From Hyaloraphidium curvatum SAG 235-1 (lineage: Eukaryota; Fungi; Monoblepharomycota), in contig JAIVFI010000016.1 of assembly GCA_025558095.1 (NCBI GenBank), positions 677,508 to 741,507 on the forward strand: DNA of 64,000 bases, given 5' to 3'. The notes beneath the pieces were generated by a model. The model was not told the origin of the DNA, made no database searches, and saw only the letters and a list, made by a program, of their open reading frames with translations. Numbering within the stretch: the first letter of the stretch is position 1; every line of letters starts with the position of its first letter. A program made the position numbers and the translations under genes. This document shows positions 12,127 through 24,262 of this stretch, piece by piece.

Positions 12127-12528
12127 GGCACCTTCCTCGATTTCCTCGCTGCCCATCTACCGCCGACCCTCGAAGACCTGGAGTTCCTGCGGACGGACAT
12201 CCCCGACGGGATCCTCTCCAAGCTGCTCCGCGCCATCCCGAACCTTGTCAGCCTCTGTGCCGCCCTCTCTTCGGCGCCCCTCCAATTCTCCCGGGACCTG
12301 GCCGCGATCCGCCGCCTCAAGAAGCTGAGCTCTCTGGACGTCAGCCCGGGCGATCTACCGGGCCGGGAGGAGCTGCAAGAGCTTCCCGATGCGGCCGGGG
12401 TGATGCACCGGCTGCAGGAGGTGGTGCTGGGTTTCGCAGCAGGGGAGTTAGAAGAGTGCGGGTTGGACGTGGAGTGGGTGAGGGAGGCTTTCGGCGGGGT
12501 GAAGGTCTCGTTTGCGTGCGACGAGTAG
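12127..12528 (+). pseudogene. Headless C-terminal fragment of an LRR (F-box/RNI-like) gene
   Basis: 134-codon frame directly after an in-frame TGA (12124-12126): LPPTLEDLEFL...IPNLVSL...LKKLSSLDV...LQEVVLG...FACDE*; no start codon or N-terminus. Confidence 0.6.
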
Positions 12529-12812
12529 TGGGTGGATGGAACGGCAGTCACTGGTCGACCTACTACAAATGGAGCACAGCGAGTTGCACTCTCTGTCGGC
12601 GTTCGGGCGTTTTCGGATCGGCGACGTCGGCTTTGCGCGGTCGGCTCGCGAGCCGACGCGGCGTCGGTGGCTGAGCCTGCGAAAGGGGCGCTGGATCGGC
12701 AACCAGTCTCCCACGACCGAAAAGCTTCGGATCCCCCCTATTCGCGGTGCCTCGCGAGCATCGATAGCGCAGCATTCGGTCCCGGGCGCCGCAACCCCGC
12801 CTCTGCCGAACG

Positions 12813-14287
12813 ATGGCCCCCGCAGCCTCTCGCGTTCCCAGCGCGGTGTCACGCCTGCTCTCCAAGTTCTCCCCGGCGGCCCTCCCCCCCAAGACCGTCC
12901 AATACTTCTCGATACTACTGCTTCTCCGCGTCCTTTTGGCAAAAAGGAAAATCCCGCGTCGGCAGGAGGACATGGCGTACATCCTGTTCCTCGCGCCCGC
13001 CGTGATGACCATCATGCACACTTGGGGCCGCTCGAAGTGGCCCATGTCAATGAAATGTGGGTCGTAGCGATATCGTTTGGCCCGTCGGGACCCCTGACCG
13101 GCTTGCTGCAGACCGCCTGTTCCTCGACAAGACGATTTGGCCGACAAGCGTGTCCCCGCGCTACGAGGTCCTGCAAGGCTGCCACCAAACCCACCCGAAG
13201 GACGCGTCGTGCACGGCAAGCATGATCAAGGAGCTGCCGATGAGCTTCCGTGGCGTGCTGAAGTGAGTCTCGCGGGGTGCGGGCTCTTGGGTCATCCTCT
13301 CACCACTCGACGCCCATCCAGCCTCTACCTCCGGTTCTACCTCGTCCAGTTTGCCGTCACCTACCTCATTCAAGCCGCCGTCTTCTTCGCCTCCGAGTCG
13401 CAGAACCGCTGGCTGCACTTCCAGCGCGACCTGCGCAAGCGCCGCGAGCGCGAGGAGGAGCAGCGCCGCTTCCGCGAGGCCGCCGAGAAGGGCGACGTGG
13501 CCGAGGAGGATGCCGACGAGGCGGGGAAACCGCTGCGCAAGATCGACTCGGCCGTGGACGTTGGAGCGCTCGGCAGCTTCACGTCGATGACGGGGATGCG
13601 GTCCACCCACGTCGGGAGGGACCGGTTCGTCAGGCCCGACAGCCCCCTGCCCACAAAGGCGGGCAAGCCCGCCCTTCCGGCCAAGCAGGACGACGACTCC
13701 CTGCAGATGGCCATGCACAAGCGCATGCTCGCCCGCCGCCGCCGCTCCTCGATCGTCCCGCCCCCCGTGGTGCCCCTGACCTCGTCGAGCTTCCGCGAGT
13801 TCTTCCTCTGGTTCTTCTTCGACAGTCTCCCCGAGCAGCTGTTCCGCTACGCCGAGGCCGTCGCCCGCTCCACGGCCTTCTTCTTCTCGGCCTGCGCGAT
13901 CGGCCGCGCGCTCTTCTGCGTCATTGGGGCCTTGGACAAGAGGCTCACCGGGAAGGAGCTCGCGGACGTGTCCAAGCGGACGCTCCTGGTGTACCTCTGC
14001 AACGTGATTTCCAACTCGCCCATGGTGCTGGAGCGGCACTCGCGCGTCGCGATCGTCAACAGGTGGGCCTCTTCGGACTCTCCAACGCCATGTCCCTGAA
14101 CTGACCGCCCGTTCTGCACAGGATGATGGCCACGTACCTCCTCGGCGAGCTGCTCCCCGCCACCAAGGCGAGCGCGTGGCTCGGAGCCCTTGGCGCCGTG
14201 GCGGCCACGGCTTACACCGCCAAGGGGAGGCTGGGGAACCTGGCCATGGGCATCTTCTCAGCGGCCTGGAGCGCGGTGGAGATGTGA
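12813..14287 (+). CDS. TMEM135/PXMP4-like membrane protein, 4 exons
   Basis: CHQTHPKDASC, LKLYLRFYL, ARSTAFF, LERHSR motifs; intron donors at about 13057, 13263 and 14063; stop TGA 14285-14287. Confidence 0.7.
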
Positions 14288-14450
14288 GGACCGGGAGCGA
14301 TCGGCGTGCTCGGTGGCGAGGTTTGTTCGTTGGACCGGGAGGACTGGATGTTGGGGTGATCCGGTCGTGGCGAAATAAGGACGTCTTCGGGCTTGGAGCT
14401 GTGAAATTGATACGATCTTTGAAGTACACTTGTTTCCTTGTCTCGTGGTG

Positions 14451-15303
14451 CTAGAGCTGCCTGCAAAAGACCTTGTGCCGCCCCCAATCCGCCTTGTGGC
14501 ATTCGGCAGAGCAGTACCTGGTCATGGGCGTCAGTCACCACCGCTAGAAGGCGGCGCTGCACCCACCTCACGGCCTTGCACGCGCTGCAGATCCGGAAGT
14601 TGGCGTACTTGTTCTTTTCCGGTGCGAATGTCTCCATCTTGCGGCACCGCGCGCAACCATGCTGCACCCAGACGTGCCACGAGGCCGGCGGCCGCTCGCC
14701 CTCGCCCGTCGGCCCCATCGGGCCGAGGTTGCGCATCAGCGAGTGCTGGCGGAGGTACCTCGATCCGTGATCGAGGACCTTATCGAGGTCCTCGGGGGGG
14801 AAGCGCACGGGTCCGATCGCGGGGTCCTTGCTGCGCACGGCGTAGACATCGAGCTCGGACATGATGGCGGCGGCGATCTTGGCCCTCCCGGCACTCCGAC
14901 CGGCCCAGGACTCCTTTCCGGCGCCAAAAGCGCACCTGGCCGCCTCCAGCGCGTCGGCTGGGACCGGAGCTCCGGCGTGCATGCAGAGGAGGCACCAAAC
15001 AGCAAGTGGGTGCTTCTGGAGCGAGGCCGACGCGATCCCACCGAACTTGCAGAGCTCCTTCGCGCGGGGCTCGAGCGCTGCGAGATGTGCGGGTGTCAAA
15101 CGGTCCATCGCGTCCAGGACGGTGCGGAAATCCTGGTTCCTGAGGACCGAGATCCACGTCACGCCGTTGGTCTGCCCTTGGGACACGTAGACGCCGGCCT
15201 CTTCGACAGCACCCTCCTCGACGAGCTGCACAGCTTTCAGAGCGGGCAATGCGGCAAGGAGCGTCCTGTCGTCGGCCCAGAAGTCTAGCGAGTAGATCCC
15301 CAT
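14451..15303 (-). CDS. MYND zinc-finger protein, 2 exons
   Basis: CARC...CSACKAV | RYCSAECHKADWGRHKVFC after removing one GTGGGT intron. Confidence 0.85.
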
Positions 15304-15542
15304 CGCAGGCGAGATCGCGGGCCGATGAGGTGGCGCTCCGAAACAGCAGCAGGCACGAATCCGTCCTCCTTCTTCCCAGGCCGGACAGGAGACCAGAGAA
15401 TGAAGAATATGCTGCGGTGGGAGCGTCTACAGCGGCACGGCCCCGCGGTATCCGGGCGTGTCTGAAGGGTCGAGACGATGCGCGAACGCGTCAGTCAACG
15501 AGACAACATCTGTCCGAGGTCGTCGCTCCACATCTCGCCACG

Positions 15543-16766
15543 ATGGCCGCCGCCGCGCTCCCGCAATCGTACCGCGTCGCCTTCCTCGGCCTCGGCGTGA
15601 TGGTGCGCTTTCCGCGCTGCCCATCGCGATGCAGCTAAACCAGAACGCGTCTCCCTGGCGCGTCTCCCGTCTCCCTTATTCGACAGGGCTTCCCCATGGC
15701 CGGTCACCTCGCGGTGCGCCCGCCGCAGCACTCGGTGCGCGTGTGGAACCGCACGGCCGCCAAGGCGAAAGCGTGGGCGGAGAAGTACCCGGGCACTGTG
15801 GGCGAGTCCCCGGCAGACGCGGCGAAGGACGCGGACTTTGTCATGATCTGGTGGGGCCTGCCTTGCGTTTGCAAGGCAAAAGTGAAGGAGCTGACGGCCT
15901 GGATAGCGTGGGCAACGACGACGACCTCCGCTCCGTCGTGCTGGGAGAGCACGGAGCTCTGGCGGGCATGAAGCCCGGCGCCGTCATCGTGGACCACACC
16001 ACCGCATCGGCGTCGGTGGCGCGGGAGCTCCATGCGCTGGCCAAGGAGCGCGGGGTCGGCTTCCTGGACGCGCCCGTCTCCGGCGGGGAGGCCGGGGCGG
16101 TGAACGGCGCGCTAACGGTCATGTGCGGGGGGGACGAGGGGGACTACGCGAGGGCGGAGCCGGTGATCAGGGCCGCATACGCCAAGATGTGCAAGCGGTT
16201 GGGTGGCGTGGGGGCGGGGCAGCAGACAAAGATGGTGAACCAGGTTCGTCGGCTGGGTGGGTTCAAGCAACGGTTCCTCACCTTTGTTGCCAGGTCTGCA
16301 TTGCCGGCCTGCTCCAGGGTCTTTCCGAGGCGCTGGTCCTGGCCAAGAACGCCGGGCTCGACGTTGACGAGGTGGTCGACGTGATCTCGAAGGGCGCGGC
16401 CCAGTCCTGGCAGATGGAGAACAGGTACTGCGTTGCCGGCGGGCGTGCTCCCGCCGTGCTGACCCGGTCCGAAGGTACAAGACGATGGCCGCGGGCAAGT
16501 TCGACCTCGGCTTCCAGGTCAAGTGGATGCGCAAGGACCTCGCGATCGTGCTCGAAGGTAAGTTCCACGTCCCTCTGTTGTCGCCCCTCGCAGTCGCTCA
16601 GCTCCACCGTTCCGTGTTTGCAGAGGCCAAGAAGCGCGGCCTCACGATGCCCGTTACCGCGCTCGTGGACCAGTTCTACGCCGAGGTCGAGCAGATGGGC
16701 GGCGAGAAGTGGGACACGAGCTCGCTGATCGCGCGGCTGGAGGCCAAGAAGACGCTGTCGAAGTAG
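15543..16766 (+). CDS. 3-hydroxyisobutyrate dehydrogenase / 2-hydroxy-3-oxopropionate reductase family, multi-exon
   Basis: FLGLGVMG, WNRT, LDAPVSGG, GAGQQTKMVNQ, WMRKDL; five GT-AG introns. Confidence 0.9.
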
Positions 16767-16950
16767 GATCTGATTACAAGATAGATGAATCTCGTATTGG
16801 ACGAGCGAGCGCGCTGGAAGCAAAAGGCATTCGCCACAGCATGCAGCGCCACCACGTCGACTTGCCTGGGAGACAGGCACCACAACAACCGCTGCCCCGC
16901 CCCGCCGCCGCTGCCGGGCCCCACCGCCACACCGCCACCGCGCTACCGAA

Positions 16951-17949
16951 ATGGTCACCATCGAGCACCCGCTCCCCGGAGCCTGCTTCGGCGCCCGCAT
17001 CACCGGCGTCAAGCTCGCCTCGCTCTCCGACGACGAGTGGAAGCAGATCGAGCGCGCGTTCCACGACCACGGCGTGCTCGTGTTCCCGGGGCAGCACGTG
17101 ACGCCGGAGCAGCAGGCCGCCTTCGGGCGCCGGTTCGGGCGGATCGAGGAGCTGCACAAGGGCGCCATGGCGGTGCCCATTTCGAACAGGAAGGCGGACG
17201 GGAGCTTGGTCGGGCCGGAGGAGCATGCGAGGCTGACGCTCATTGGGAACGAGGGGTGGCACAGCGATAGCACCTGTGGGTATCTGCCCGCGGAAAGTGG
17301 CCTGGGGGAGGCGGGCTGGCCCTTCCCCCGCGCTGCTCGGAATGGAAGCGCAGTCGACTGACCCATTTCAACCTTACCAGACATGCCGGTCTCGGCCAAG
17401 GCGTCCTGCCTCTGCGCCCACGTTGTCCCTCCCAACGGCGGCACCACCGAGTTCGCCGACATGCGCGCGGCGCTCGACGCCCTCGACGCCGACACCCGCA
17501 AGCGCATCTCCAACATGGTCGCCTACCACTCGCTCTTCTACTCGCAGGCCAAGGTCGGGCAGAAGGTCGGGCCCGGGTTCGCGTACGGCTTCTACGAAGG
17601 CCCGCAGCCGCTCCGCCCCCTGGTCAAGAGGCACCCCGTCACCGGGCGCGAGTCTCTGTTCATCGGCCGCCACGCCTACGGCATCCCCGGCCTGCCCGAG
17701 AAGGAATCCGAATCCCTGCTCGAGGGCCTGGTGCAGTTTGCGTGCCAGGCGCCCCGCACGTACGAGCACCGCTGGGCCCCGGGCGACGTGGTGATCTGGG
17801 ACAACAGGTGCATGCTGCACCGCGCCAGGCCGTACGACTACGACGGGCACGAGAGGACCCTCTATCACGTGCGGATCGCGGGGGAGCCGGCGACCGAGGC
17901 GGCGGTCAACTTTGCGGAGATGCACAGGGGGGTGCAGTCGTCGCTATGA
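16951..17949 (+). CDS. TauD/TfdA Fe(II)/2-oxoglutarate dioxygenase, SdpA-like, 2 exons
   Basis: WHSDSTYMP after intron 17276-17380; GGTTEFADMRAA; LFIGRHA; GDVVIWDNRCMLHRA. Confidence 0.92.
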
Positions 17950-18143
17950 GGCCTGCTACGAAGGGTGACAGGAGGTCTTGGGCAGTGAAGTCAGTTGTAC
18001 GTGGTCTAGTTGTATCTTCCATTGTGTGGTTTGTCAACGACGGTGAGATGAATTGTTCCCAGAATTCGTAACCCCATAGCCTGCCAAATCTGCAGTTGCA
18101 TCCAACTCACTGTACATGGCCTCATCGGCGACCCAACCGCGCA

Positions 18144-19391
18144 TCAACCAGCGACTGCGCGTCCGACTTTGCGCACAACCCACCACGCCGCCACCCCTGC
18201 GCCCCAGCCCCCTCCCAGCCCACCAGCCTCGGCCGCCTTCTTGACCAGAAACCAGCTCCCCGCCCACACCACGCCCTTGGCTGCTTTTGCGACCACGCGC
18301 CCCGAAGCGTACCACCACGTCCTCCTCATCCCGGTTCCCCCGCACGACGAGCAGACCCACTGGTAGTCCGGCACCCAGCGGGCCACCGCGCGGGGGAGGA
18401 ACCGCGACGCGGAATGCCGGGTCGAGTGCCGCCCGCGGCGCTGGCACGACCGACAGGGGTAGTGTCCGAAGGGGACCTCGCCCTCGGCGGCGGGCGGGCG
18501 GTCCGCGAGCTCCCATTCGCCGTCATCCTCGGCGCCGGCGGGGGGGTGCACGAGAGAGGTGAAGAAGGTGGGGAGGTGCCGGACGGTGGTGAGGTACCGC
18601 GCGTTGAGCTCGGGGAGGGAGGAGAGGATGAAGGTGAGGGCAGATTCGAGGGCTGTCGGAATATGGAAGGCCGGGTCGCGGGAGGTTTCGAGGCGGCGGA
18701 GTTCCAAGGGTGCGGTGCCGTCGGCGGGGAGCTCGAAGATGCGGGCGGTGCCGGGGGACGGAGGAGGAGTGGAGGCGCGGCGCTGGGGGAGGGAAAGGCC
18801 GACGGCGAGGTCGACAGCGTCCGGGGCCGAGGGCTGGCCGCCCCGCGGGGGAGCAAAGATGTCGATGCGTTCGCGCCGCGCAATCTCCATGGCCAGCAGC
18901 GCGTCCTCGTGCTCGCGGTCCTCCTTGGAGCGGGCGGCAGCCTGCTGGCGCGGATATTCCGCTACAGGCGGCAGCGGAACGGTCGGGTAGAGCTCGTGGT
19001 ATGCCGGGGGCGGATCCAGCGGCACGTGCGGGTTGTAGGTCGGCGGCGTGTAGGCTGCGTGCGCTGAAGCGGGCTGCTGGGCGGGCTGGCGGGCCGGCGG
19101 AAGCTGGAGCACGAGGTGCATTGGCGGCGCCGACGGCGGAGCGCCTGAGCCGGAGCCGACACGGCCTCCGTGCAGCGTGGATAAATCGTCCGAAGAGAGG
19201 AACTCGTCTTCCGAGGCGTCGGCGGCGCCGGCATGGGCGGGGTGCGGCCCCGTTTCGGGCTCTTCTTCCGCGATGGAGATGTCCTCGTCGAGCTCAATCC
19301 AGCGACGCCGTCGCGACGGCCCTGCGCCGCCGAGCAGGCTGCGGTGCCCGCTTGTGCCCTCGCGGGCCATCGAAGACGTGACGACGGTCAT
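18144..19391 (-). CDS. Pro-rich protein with PPxY motifs, UIM-like helix and C-terminal CxxC...CxxCxGxG zinc finger (reminiscent of Hua1)
   Basis: PPTY, PPPAY, EDALLAMEIARRE, CRSC...CSSCGGTG; start codon uncertain. Confidence 0.55.
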   Translation of the reverse strand: MTVVTSSMAREGTSGHRSLLGGAGPSRRRRWIELDEDISIAEEEPETGPHPAHAGAADASEDEFLSSDDLSTLHGGRVGSGSGAPPSAPPMHLVLQLPPARQPAQQPASAHAAYTPPTYNPHVPLDPPPAYHELYPTVPLPPVAEYPRQQAAARSKEDREHEDALLAMEIARRERIDIFAPPRGGQPSAPDAVDLAVGLSLPQRRASTPPPSPGTARIFELPADGTAPLELRRLETSRDPAFHIPTALESALTFILSSLPELNARYLTTVRHLPTFFTSLVHPPAGAEDDGEWELADRPPAAEGEVPFGHYPCRSCQRRGRHSTRHSASRFLPRAVARWVPDYQWVCSSCGGTGMRRTWWYASGRVVAKAAKGVVWAGSWFLVKKAAEAGGLGGGWGAGVAAWWVVRKVGRAVAG

Positions 19392-19949
19392 TGGAGCGTG
19401 GGTGAGGTTGGACGTGGCAGTTTGCGAGTCCACGCAAGCAGCCGCCTGCCGGCCAAATGGGGCCCGGCGTCCCACTCGTCGCGGAACCGCGATCCCTGCC
19501 GCACGGACCCGTGCAGGGTCTTTGACATGGAGATTCGCAAGCTGCCGGAATGTCTGATTGGGCTTGCGCTCTGGGATTTCGTTACCATCACGAGCGCCAA
19601 AGAGCGGCATAGCAGAGGCACAACCCAACTTGCTGGCGGTTCTCCCGCCGCATCACATCCATTTAGCATCCTTCTAAGCAACTCGACCGGGCATTTCCAA
19701 CGGCCGCATCCTCAACTCGCGCAGACATTTCCACCGGCCGCATCCTGACCAGCGTGCCGGCTCGCTGCACTGGCTTGGCGAGGATGATTGGAAGCCTCGG
19801 CAATCCGTCGTCGATCTCCAAGCGGCAAATGAGACGGATGATCTATATATAGAAACACTGTCTAAACAGCTGGGGAATACCTGCACCTTGTTTTGGATAA
19901 ATCGCACCCCGAAACGCTCCGTCGAGTAACACGGATGATGGCCGAGCAA

Positions 19950-20705
19950 TCAGCTGGGCGGAGGGTTCATGCAGCATCCGGCATACAAGCCCGCAGTGAG
20001 AGGCCCCGGTGCGCTGGGATCGCTGTCTACCCCCACGCAGACGGCAGTTCCGGACCCCACGACCCCCGTTCCGACATCGCAGGAGAGGCCCTGGCCAGTC
20101 GTCACGAACAGCGCCGCGTTGTCGGCCCCGGTGGTTATGCAACTCTTTGCGCCCGCGAAAGCACAGTTGCCTCCCAAGACAGCGGCGGCGACGCAACATC
20201 CGTTAGTGCAGATGCCGGTCGCGGACGTCGAGCCGGTGGCAACGAACTGCCCCGTGTTGACATCGCAGCCTTCGAAGGCCCGCGCATCGTCGCACTGCTT
20301 GTACTCCGGGTTCCCATCGCAGGCTGGGGTAGCGTAGCGGCGGTACAGCGCGTGCCGTCCGCCGCTGATGGATTCGACGCAAGCGACGTGGCCTTCAGGG
20401 GTGCCGGGGTACCCAAACTCGCTGGCCTCGGGATGCGGGACGGGGGAGGGAAGGGAGGGAACAAGTGGTCAGCTTTGACCGGATTGGGAAGCGGCATTCC
20501 TCGCCCACCAGAACTGCTCGGCCCCGCAATCGCTGCACGAGCGGCGGAAAACAGTGGCAACCCCCTGGGATACCGGCCTGGAAGTCGTCAGCGGCGGCCG
20601 CTGAACGACAGGGACAATCGGGACTCACCCGGCGAAGGTTGGAGCTGCGAACACCACGAACGCCGCAGCGGCGAGCGCGAGAACGGTGGTTGGTGGAGCT
20701 TTCAT
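19950..20705 (-). CDS. Small secreted Cys-rich preproprotein, 3 exons
   Basis: Manually spliced: MKAPPTTVLALAAAAFVVFAAPTFAG | PVSQGVATVFRRSCSDCGAEQF | CEFG...LYRRYATPAC...GCCMNPPPS*; 16 Cys. Confidence 0.75.
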
Positions 20706-20836
20706 CGTCGAGACGACGGGCCGAGGTTCACAGCGGACGGATGTCTAGCCAGGCAGGATTATTGCACGGCTGTCGGAATGGGGATGCAGTGCGACAGGAG
20801 CGCGTTGTGGTGAGTCCTTTTTTTTTTTTTTGCAAG

Positions 20837-20888
20837 TTCGGCCCGAAGTCCAGTTCGGGCCGAAATGTGGGACTTCGGGCCGAAGTCC
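20837..20888. promoter_or_regulatory. Cluster of three TTCGGSCCGAA palindromes next to a poly-T tract
   Basis: Copies at 20837-20847, 20854-20864 and 20874-20884; the last extends to perfect GGACTTCGG-G-CCGAAGTCC; 130-180 bp upstream of the ATG at 20705. Confidence 0.45.
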
Positions 20889-21151
20889 GCAACAGGCCGT
20901 GGTCTAGATCGAGCGGGTCCTTGGCGCCAAGCCCTGAGGACGCATTCGACACTCGCAGGTCCGCTTCAGGAGCGCCTTAGTAAGATTCCAACGGAGCGCT
21001 TTGTCTTCTTTCGTCGAAAGTTCTCCGCCGGACGACTTCTTGACTTCGACACGGACGGATCGGGAGGTTCAGCGATGCGCCTGTTTCGCAACCACCGTGT
21101 GCAACCGAAACAACAACTACGGAAGCAGTCCATCCGACCATATTCATGTCC

Positions 21152-24100
21152 TCAGCTCCTTTCTGCCTTCGGCTCCAGCATCGGCTCCAGTATGGCCCCG
21201 ACACCCTTGAGATCCCCCAACCTGCTCGCCGCCTGCGCCTGAACCCACTCGTCAGCGACCTCGGAACCGAGAAGTCGGCGCCGCTACCCACCCAGCTCTG
21301 CTCCCCGTCGTCGGCCAGCCTGACAAACACGCCGTACGCCGCCTTGGCGTTCTCCCAGTGCCCGACGTTGTGCGCGAGCGTCTGCAGGCACGCTTGGATG
21401 TCTACGACGAGCTCGCGGATCATGGGGACAGACGCCTCGGCGTGCTTGCGATACTGCAGGAGATATTGCACGTGGACCATGCCCTGGATGTAGAGCGAAT
21501 CAGAAGTGCCCGTAGGGAGCGCGCCAAAGAGCTCACCGCCGAGAGTATGGGAAGCAGCGTGCTGGCGGGGAACCGCTCCCCGGCCAGCCACGGGTCCCCG
21601 GCGTACATCGGCAGCACGCTCTTGATGAGTCTCGAAACGCAGATGGCGTGCGCATTGGCGTGGGTGAAGCCGGGCGTGTGGATCCAGTCGGGGTCGGGAT
21701 GGCGCAACATGTGCAGCCAGTTCCGCGGGGTATGGAGGAGGATCTCGGCCGAGTGGTACCAGAGGAAGCAGTGGAGGCTGCTCGTCAAGGGGTGTTAGTC
21801 AAGCAAGCTGGCATCCAACGCCGTGAAAAGGAACCCACAGCCTGTGCCCCGCCACCTTTCCCCACTTCTCCTCTCCGATCTCCACCAGCCCCTTCCCGTC
21901 CCCCTCCCCGTCCAGCCCCTTGAGCACAATCGGCACCTTTTCCTGAAACTCCCTCAGCATCTCCTGCGTCGCCGCCCTCATCCCCTCGGCCTCCTGCACC
22001 AGCGCCTGCGGCACCGGCCCCTGCGGCGGGTCCAGGCTCGCGTCCCACTCCCCGGGCCTGTGCACCGCGAGCTTCCTCTCGCCGAACCACCTCCTGACCA
22101 TGCGCACGCGGTCATTGACCAGCACCAGCAGCGTCGCCGCGGCCGTCTGCCCGTTGTCGAGCAGCCCGCCGACCGCGATCCCCAGCGCGCGCTCGCGCTC
22201 GGGGCCGGGCGCTTTCTCCATCCACAGCACCGACTCGGAGCAGGAGAGGGGGTACCGCCTGTCGGCAGGCCAGAGGCCCTCCATCTGCATGCGGTCGAGC
22301 CACTGCCCGATCGGACGGCGGCCGTCGGCCTGCTCGATGCCGAACGCGGGGAGCGCTGAGACGGCGGCGGTCCACGAGTGCTCGACGGCGGCGGGGAGCA
22401 TGGCGAAGCCGGTGTCGGTCGAGGGGAGGGCAACGCCGGGGTACTGCGAGAGCAGGATGGTGGGGCGGTGGTCGCGAAGGGCGCTGATGGCCGAGTCCAC
22501 GTTGGCGCCGACGACGCAGGCGCGGCAGTGCTCCTCGGCGTCGAGGTAGTCGACCAGCGGCATCGCGTCGCACCTGGCGCGGTAGGCGGCGGTGGAAGGG
22601 CAGTCAGGGTCGCCGAAGCGCATCGAGGCGTGCACCGCGACGGCCACGGCGTGGATATCGTGAGCCTCTTCGGTGTTGCCGGCGCGCGAGTGGGTCACGC
22701 AGGCGAGGATGGCCGACTGCAGCAGGGCCAGGCGTGCGGGCCGGGTGGTGGCGTTGACGACCGGCCGGCCTGCGCGGTCGAACGCGTCAAAGGCTGCCAT
22801 GATGGAGGACCTGCACCGCTCCTGGAGGCCCTGCAAGCCGATGCCGCCCATCGCAGCGTCAATCTCGCGCGCGAGCGTGTCGCCCTTGCGGACGGAGGTG
22901 ATCGCAGCGGCCCAGACGACCGTGTCCACCAGCACCTGGCTCACCCGGCCGACGATGGCGCGGGCGACGAAGGTCGGGTAGTGGAGCACCGGGGCCGTCT
23001 GGTCGAGGGATTCCGCCACGATCTTGGCGATCTTGGGCAGCAAGTGCGGGTGCGAAAATGGAACCGTCGTCGGGGGTTGCGACGGCGTCGTGGGCGGCTG
23101 GGATGTCTGCTGTGGCCAGCCGGGGCTCGTGCCTGCGCCCGGGAAACCCCCTTGTTGCTGCGCGTAGCCCGCGCTCCAGTAACCTCCGGCGTCCGCGGCT
23201 GCCTGGGGCGCGATGCCGCCGGCGCCGAAAGGCGGGTAGTACGTGAAGTTCTGGCCGTTCATGGTGCCCTGCACCATCCCCGTGCCTGCCGCGGCCAGCT
23301 GAGCATCGTACGCGCCAAAGTACCCCTGTGCGGCCTGGCCGTAGCCCGCGTAGCCGCCGTAGGACCAGTCGGGCCGGTACGCGGCCTGCATGGCGGCCTG
23401 CTGGCTGGCAGCGGCGGCCGCGGCAGCCGCTGCGGCCTGGGCCTGCGCGGCCTGCTGGGCGTAGAAGTTGACCATGGGGTCCTGCGACACGCCGGGCCCG
23501 GCGAAGGCGGGCTGGGGAGGGAACCCTTGGCGCAGGGCGTAGTCCCCGTAGGCGAGCTGGCCGGCGGCGGCAGTCGCGGCGGCGTCGTACTCGCCGGAGC
23601 CCCGGGGCGGCTGCTGTTGATCGGGAGCTTCGTCCGAGGCGGGTTCCGGCTGCGAGGCCGGCTGCTGGCCTCCCCCGCGCTTGCGGGCCGCACCGCCGCG
23701 GGGGGAAGGCGTCGGCAACGAGCCGTCCTTGCCGAGCTGCGGGCAAACGGGCGCCGTCGACTTTAGCATCCCTTGGTGGCGCGACAGAGCATCATGCCGA
23801 CTGCAGTTATCGAAGATCGGATGGTTTTTCGGCGGCGGCCGGGTGGTTGGGATGGGGGATGGGTGCCGGGTGGGGAGAGCCGATGGGCCGGCAAGACGGC
23901 GGGCGGAACGGCGTCAGAGGAAATTCCCAAGACAAATGCGACGAGCATTCCCACGTGAAGCCCTTCCCGCAGTACTGGCAGGTGAAGGCCTTCGACTCGG
24001 TGGTGTGGCCCCGCTCGTGCCGCCGCTGGTCGTAGGCGCGCACGAACGCCATGTCGCAGTAGCGGCACTTGTACGGCTTCTCCTGCGAGTGGCTCAGCAT

Positions 24101-24262
24101 GTGCGACTTGAGGTTGTTGGCGCGCGCGAACTGCTTTGCGCAGATGTGGCACACGAACGGGCCGACGGCGCTCGGCGGGGCGCCAGCCGGCGAGTGCGGC
24201 CGCACCGCGAACATGCCCGGCGCGCCCGGGCCGCCGCTCCAGTCGCCCGGCGGGCCCTGCAT
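21152..24262 (-). CDS. C2H2 zinc-finger transcription factor with fungal TF middle-homology-like region, multi-exon
   Basis: Three fingers (CHIC, CRYC, and CQYC...FT|RHDALSRH across an intron), EKPY linker, Q/A-rich region, helical C-terminal domain. Confidence 0.85.
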
